Assembly: GCA_043804695.1 (NCBI GenBank)
Contig: JAZDIV010000033.1
Location: 1,907 to 65,906 of the forward strand
Origin: PVC group bacterium
GTDB lineage: Bacteria; Auribacterota; Erginobacteria; Erginobacterales; Erginobacteraceae
Reading direction: 5' to 3'
Length of the DNA: 64,000 nucleotides
The position numbers and the translations under genes are program-made. The notes under the pieces are model-generated. The model saw only the letters and a program-made list of their open reading frames with translations, did no database searches and was not told the origin of the DNA. Shown here piece by piece: positions 61,291-64,000 of this stretch. Every line of letters begins with the position of its first letter. Position 1 is the stretch's first letter.

Positions 61291-61371
61291 CTATAAACTA
61301 GCTCGCTAAGTTTACCCTCGGTTTACCGGGGCTCGCTACTTTATATGAGCCCCCCGATTGATTCAATCGGG
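61291..61371 (-). promoter_or_regulatory. conserved TATAAA..AGCTCGCT..TTTATA leader (expanded) plus a G/C hairpin
   Basis: ctataaactagctcgct...gctcgctactttata, then cccgattg-att-caatcggg. Parallels 30777-30841. Confidence 0.5.
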
Positions 61372-61552
61372 TATTTTCTAACCTTTCGTTTGAAGAGGAG
61401 TCAAGACCTATCCTTCCAATAACGGTTCGTCATGGACATTGGGCTTTTCCTACGGTATTTTCAAGGTATTCCATGTTCACGCTGTATTTTCATCAATCAA
61501 AAAGTTCAAACCTGAGCCAATGTATGATTACATCGAATTAAGGAGGAGTCCG

Positions 61553-62083
61553 ATGAAATATTTCCTGTTACCGGTTCTGCTGGTCATTCTGGCGCCCCCG
61601 GCATCGGCCGGGGAATCCGACTGGAGGACTTTTACCTCGGAAGCGGGCGGCTTCACGGTTCTTCTGCCCGGAACCCCCATCTTCAGCGACACAACCGACC
61701 ACACCGTGGTCGGCGCGGTCGGGGAGAACCTCTACAGCCTGGAGACGGCGGCGGCTTCCTTCAGCGCCGAGTATTCCGACCTGCCGGGGGTTGCCACCTT
61801 CTTCGAGAGCGCCGATTCCCTTTATAACGATGCCCGGGAGGGCTTGCTCAAGCAGACCGGGGCCCGTCAAACCGGCTATTACGGGATCGAACAGGAGAGC
61901 ATCCGGGGGAAGGAGATAACCTACGAGGTTCCCGCCAACCGGAATTCCCCCCTCCTGCACGGGAAAGCGCGCTTTCTTCTCAGGGACAAACGACTCTATG
62001 TTCTTGTTGTCACCACCCCGGAGATGAGCGATGCGGATGGGATCGTTTCCCGATACCTGGATTCATTCCGCTTACTCAAGTAG
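61553..62083 (+). CDS. secreted hypothetical protein
   Basis: AAGGAGG RBS before ATG 61553. Signal peptide MKYFLLPVLLVILAPPASA. Confidence 0.6.
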   Translation: MKYFLLPVLLVILAPPASAGESDWRTFTSEAGGFTVLLPGTPIFSDTTDHTVVGAVGENLYSLETAAASFSAEYSDLPGVATFFESADSLYNDAREGLLKQTGARQTGYYGIEQESIRGKEITYEVPANRNSPLLHGKARFLLRDKRLYVLVVTTPEMSDADGIVSRYLDSFRLLK

Positions 62084-62167
62084 CTTGAGGCTGTCCGAAA
62101 ACGTATCAATTTGAGAAAAACTAATTAAAACCACGAAGGTCACGAAGCAAAGAATTAAATCAGATTC

Positions 62168-62796
62168 ATGTACGGCGCGGTTCTTCTGGCAGTGGCCGGA
62201 ATCGCGCTCTGGATCATCACCTCCGACCACGGCGAGGGGATGGGGAACCATCACTACATCGAGCACAGTCAGAAGATCTACAATGAACAGCTCCATGTTC
62301 CCCTGATCTTCCACCGCGGCGACGGGGGGCTGAAGCCGCGTGAGATCAGCGAGCTGGTCCGGCACGTTGACATTCTTCCCACCCCGGCGGAACTGGTCGG
62401 GTACCCCCTGGGTGATGGGTCGCCGCATGTCCAGGGTGATACCCTGGTCCCCTTTCTCCGGGGGGAGGAAATTCTACCGGACCGGTCTGCTTTTCCTCAA
62501 CGCCGTCCCCCGACCGGGCGCGGCAAGAAGCGTGGGGATCCGAGCGGGTGTACTCCATCCAGAACCGCGACTATAAATACATCTACAACTCTGATAAGCA
62601 AGACGAGTTTTACCACCTGTCGGAAGATCCCCTGGAAAGACACAACCTGATCGACACCCCTTCGGCGGAAAAAGACCGGATGGGAAAGAGCCTCCAGCGA
62701 TACCATGACCTGCTTCTTTCCTGAACGTCTTTTGCCGCCCAGTCCGAACTCAATCCCCGATACAGGAAAACGCTGAAATCCCTCGGCTACCTGTAG
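62168..62796 (+). pseudogene. sulfatase gene remnant (C-terminal half only, with at least two frameshifts)
   Basis: ITSDHGEGMGNHHY...LHVPLIFH...VRHVDILPTPAELVG. Then in other frames VYSIQNRDYKYIYNSDKQDEFYHLSEDPLERHNL and ...LKSLGYL-stop. The N-terminal catalytic half is absent. Confidence 0.7.
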
Positions 62797-62898
62797 GGGG
62801 CCGGGAGCCTTTCCGAGTAATGACTCCTACTATTCGAAAGCAGCCGATACCGTGGCAGCGGCGGCGTCTTTTCATTGATTCAGAGACCGTCTACAGAT

Positions 62899-63834
62899 TT
62901 ATAATCTGTATAAGCGCATGAATAACCCACGGGCGATACCGGTCAGCACGCCCAGATGGATAATAGCCAGGATCAGCGGCACCCGGTAGAGCGTCTTCCA
63001 CCCCGGCACCCCGAAGCAGCCGGTCCGTGCTTTCCTGAAGAGATAGACGCCGATCGCGGCGACCATCAGGACCCAGGGGAGCGGTCCGGGCATCACCAGG
63101 CCCCAGAGCAACAGGCCGGCCAGGAGGACGTCCTGAAATAATGTCCAGAGATACATGCGGGAGGTCCGGCCGCCGCGCGTGGTATCGCGGGCATAGAGAT
63201 GAAACTGCCGCAGTACGGCCCGGTATGATGACCGGGGGCGCCAGCCCACGATCGCGGCGGACGCCGTCTTCAGCTTACCGCCACAGTCGACCAGAGAAAG
63301 CACGAAGCCGAGGTCGTCCAGAACGTGAGTCTCCTCGGGAAAGCCCCCCGCCTTCTCCCACGCCGCCCGCGTGAAGGCCAGCGAACGGGCCGTGGGGCGG
63401 ACATACTGTCCCTGGAGCCGCAACCGGGCCGACCCGGAACATCGCCCCACACAGTCTTCAAAATCGGTCCGGGGAATCAGCCGGTAGCTGCCGCAGACCA
63501 GGTCGGTGCCGGACCGGTCTTCAAGGGGAGCCAGCAACCGCTCCAGCCACCCGGAGAAGGGCCGGCAGCCGGCGTCGGTCACGGCCAAGAGGTCATGGGC
63601 GCTTTCCCGGACGGATCGGTTCCGCCCCCGGGATATGCCGGCGCCGGGGTCGACCACCACCCGCAGGGGCAGACCGGCGCCGGTGGCCTCGAGGGCGGCA
63701 ACGGTACCGTCGGTGGAGCCGCCGTCGACGAACACAATCTCATCCGGCGGTCGGGTCTGGGCCCGCAACCCTTCGAGCAGATCGGCGACCGTTCCGGCCT
63801 CGTTCAATACGGTAATAATGACAGTGACCTGCAT
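62899..63834 (-). CDS. family 2 glycosyltransferase with a C-terminal membrane segment
   Basis: VTVIITVLNEAGTVADLL...IVFVDGGSTDGT...AVTDAGC. Confidence 0.85.
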   Translation of the reverse strand: MQVTVIITVLNEAGTVADLLEGLRAQTRPPDEIVFVDGGSTDGTVAALEATGAGLPLRVVVDPGAGISRGRNRSVRESAHDLLAVTDAGCRPFSGWLERLLAPLEDRSGTDLVCGSYRLIPRTDFEDCVGRCSGSARLRLQGQYVRPTARSLAFTRAAWEKAGGFPEETHVLDDLGFVLSLVDCGGKLKTASAAIVGWRPRSSYRAVLRQFHLYARDTTRGGRTSRMYLWTLFQDVLLAGLLLWGLVMPGPLPWVLMVAAIGVYLFRKARTGCFGVPGWKTLYRVPLILAIIHLGVLTGIARGLFMRLYRL

Positions 63835-63885
63835 TATCGGGTGGCCGGAAGATCACCCGTCATGCCGTAATAGCAGCGGGTAACG

Positions 63886-64000
63886 TTATGCAGCTTCTCC
63901 GGACAGCGTGTAAATCTCTTCCCTCATCGTGGTCAATTTTCCGAAACAGAGCAGGACATCCCCTAAAAGAATCTTGGTGTCTGCCGCCGGATTGGCGATC
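63886..64000 (-). CDS. 3' end of a gene cut by the window edge (TrkA-C/RCK_C-like C-terminus)
   Basis: The reverse frame reads IANPAADTKILLGDVLLCFGKLTTMREEIYTLSGEAA-stop. Only 38 codons are visible. Confidence 0.3.
   Translation of the reverse strand, partial: IANPAADTKILLGDVLLCFGKLTTMREEIYTLSGEAA

Overview
This is a 64 kb, visibly GC-rich chromosomal segment with short, AT-rich intergenic spacers. The gene content suggests an uncultured anaerobic diderm bacterium. I found no rRNA, tRNA, CRISPR array, transposase or integrase. About 55 CDS look credible.

Gene blocks, left to right:
1. Oxidative-stress island: a Fur/PerR remnant, rubrerythrin, desulfoferrodoxin, ferritin, a NifU-like protein, and a desulforedoxin-like protein with a histone-like tail.
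2. A HAD phosphatase, a Cache/PAS histidine kinase and a REC-XRE response regulator.
3. Envelope genes: an SGNH/TPR protein and a GT39 glycosyltransferase.
4. Nitrosative-stress divergon: Rrf2, cupin, hcp and a Cys-rich protein on one strand, and a flavodiiron protein on the other.
5. A tamA/tamB pair.
6. A csoR-cusCBA metal-efflux operon.
7. A TetR-controlled four-gene operon: an AdoMetDC-like pyruvoyl enzyme, an Acetyltransf_6 GNAT, an ATP-grasp ligase and a fold-III PLP decarboxylase.
8. A candidate Moco riboswitch followed by tupABC, in which tupA is frameshifted.

Two things stand out:
- Six secreted proteins carry a lineage-specific ~40-aa GDYDGDG..DIAIFR..GLWAVRG.TR.YFG repeat. Four of them fuse a six-unit module to unrelated catalytic heads.
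- The intergenic spacers are largely built from several families of modular, nested hairpin elements. Some copies show compensatory changes in both arms. One ~160-195 nt leader cassette is duplicated in front of hcp and tupA. One ~200 bp MITE-like copy sits inside the cus operon.

All calls rest on reading the sequence and the ORF translations by eye. No searches were run.
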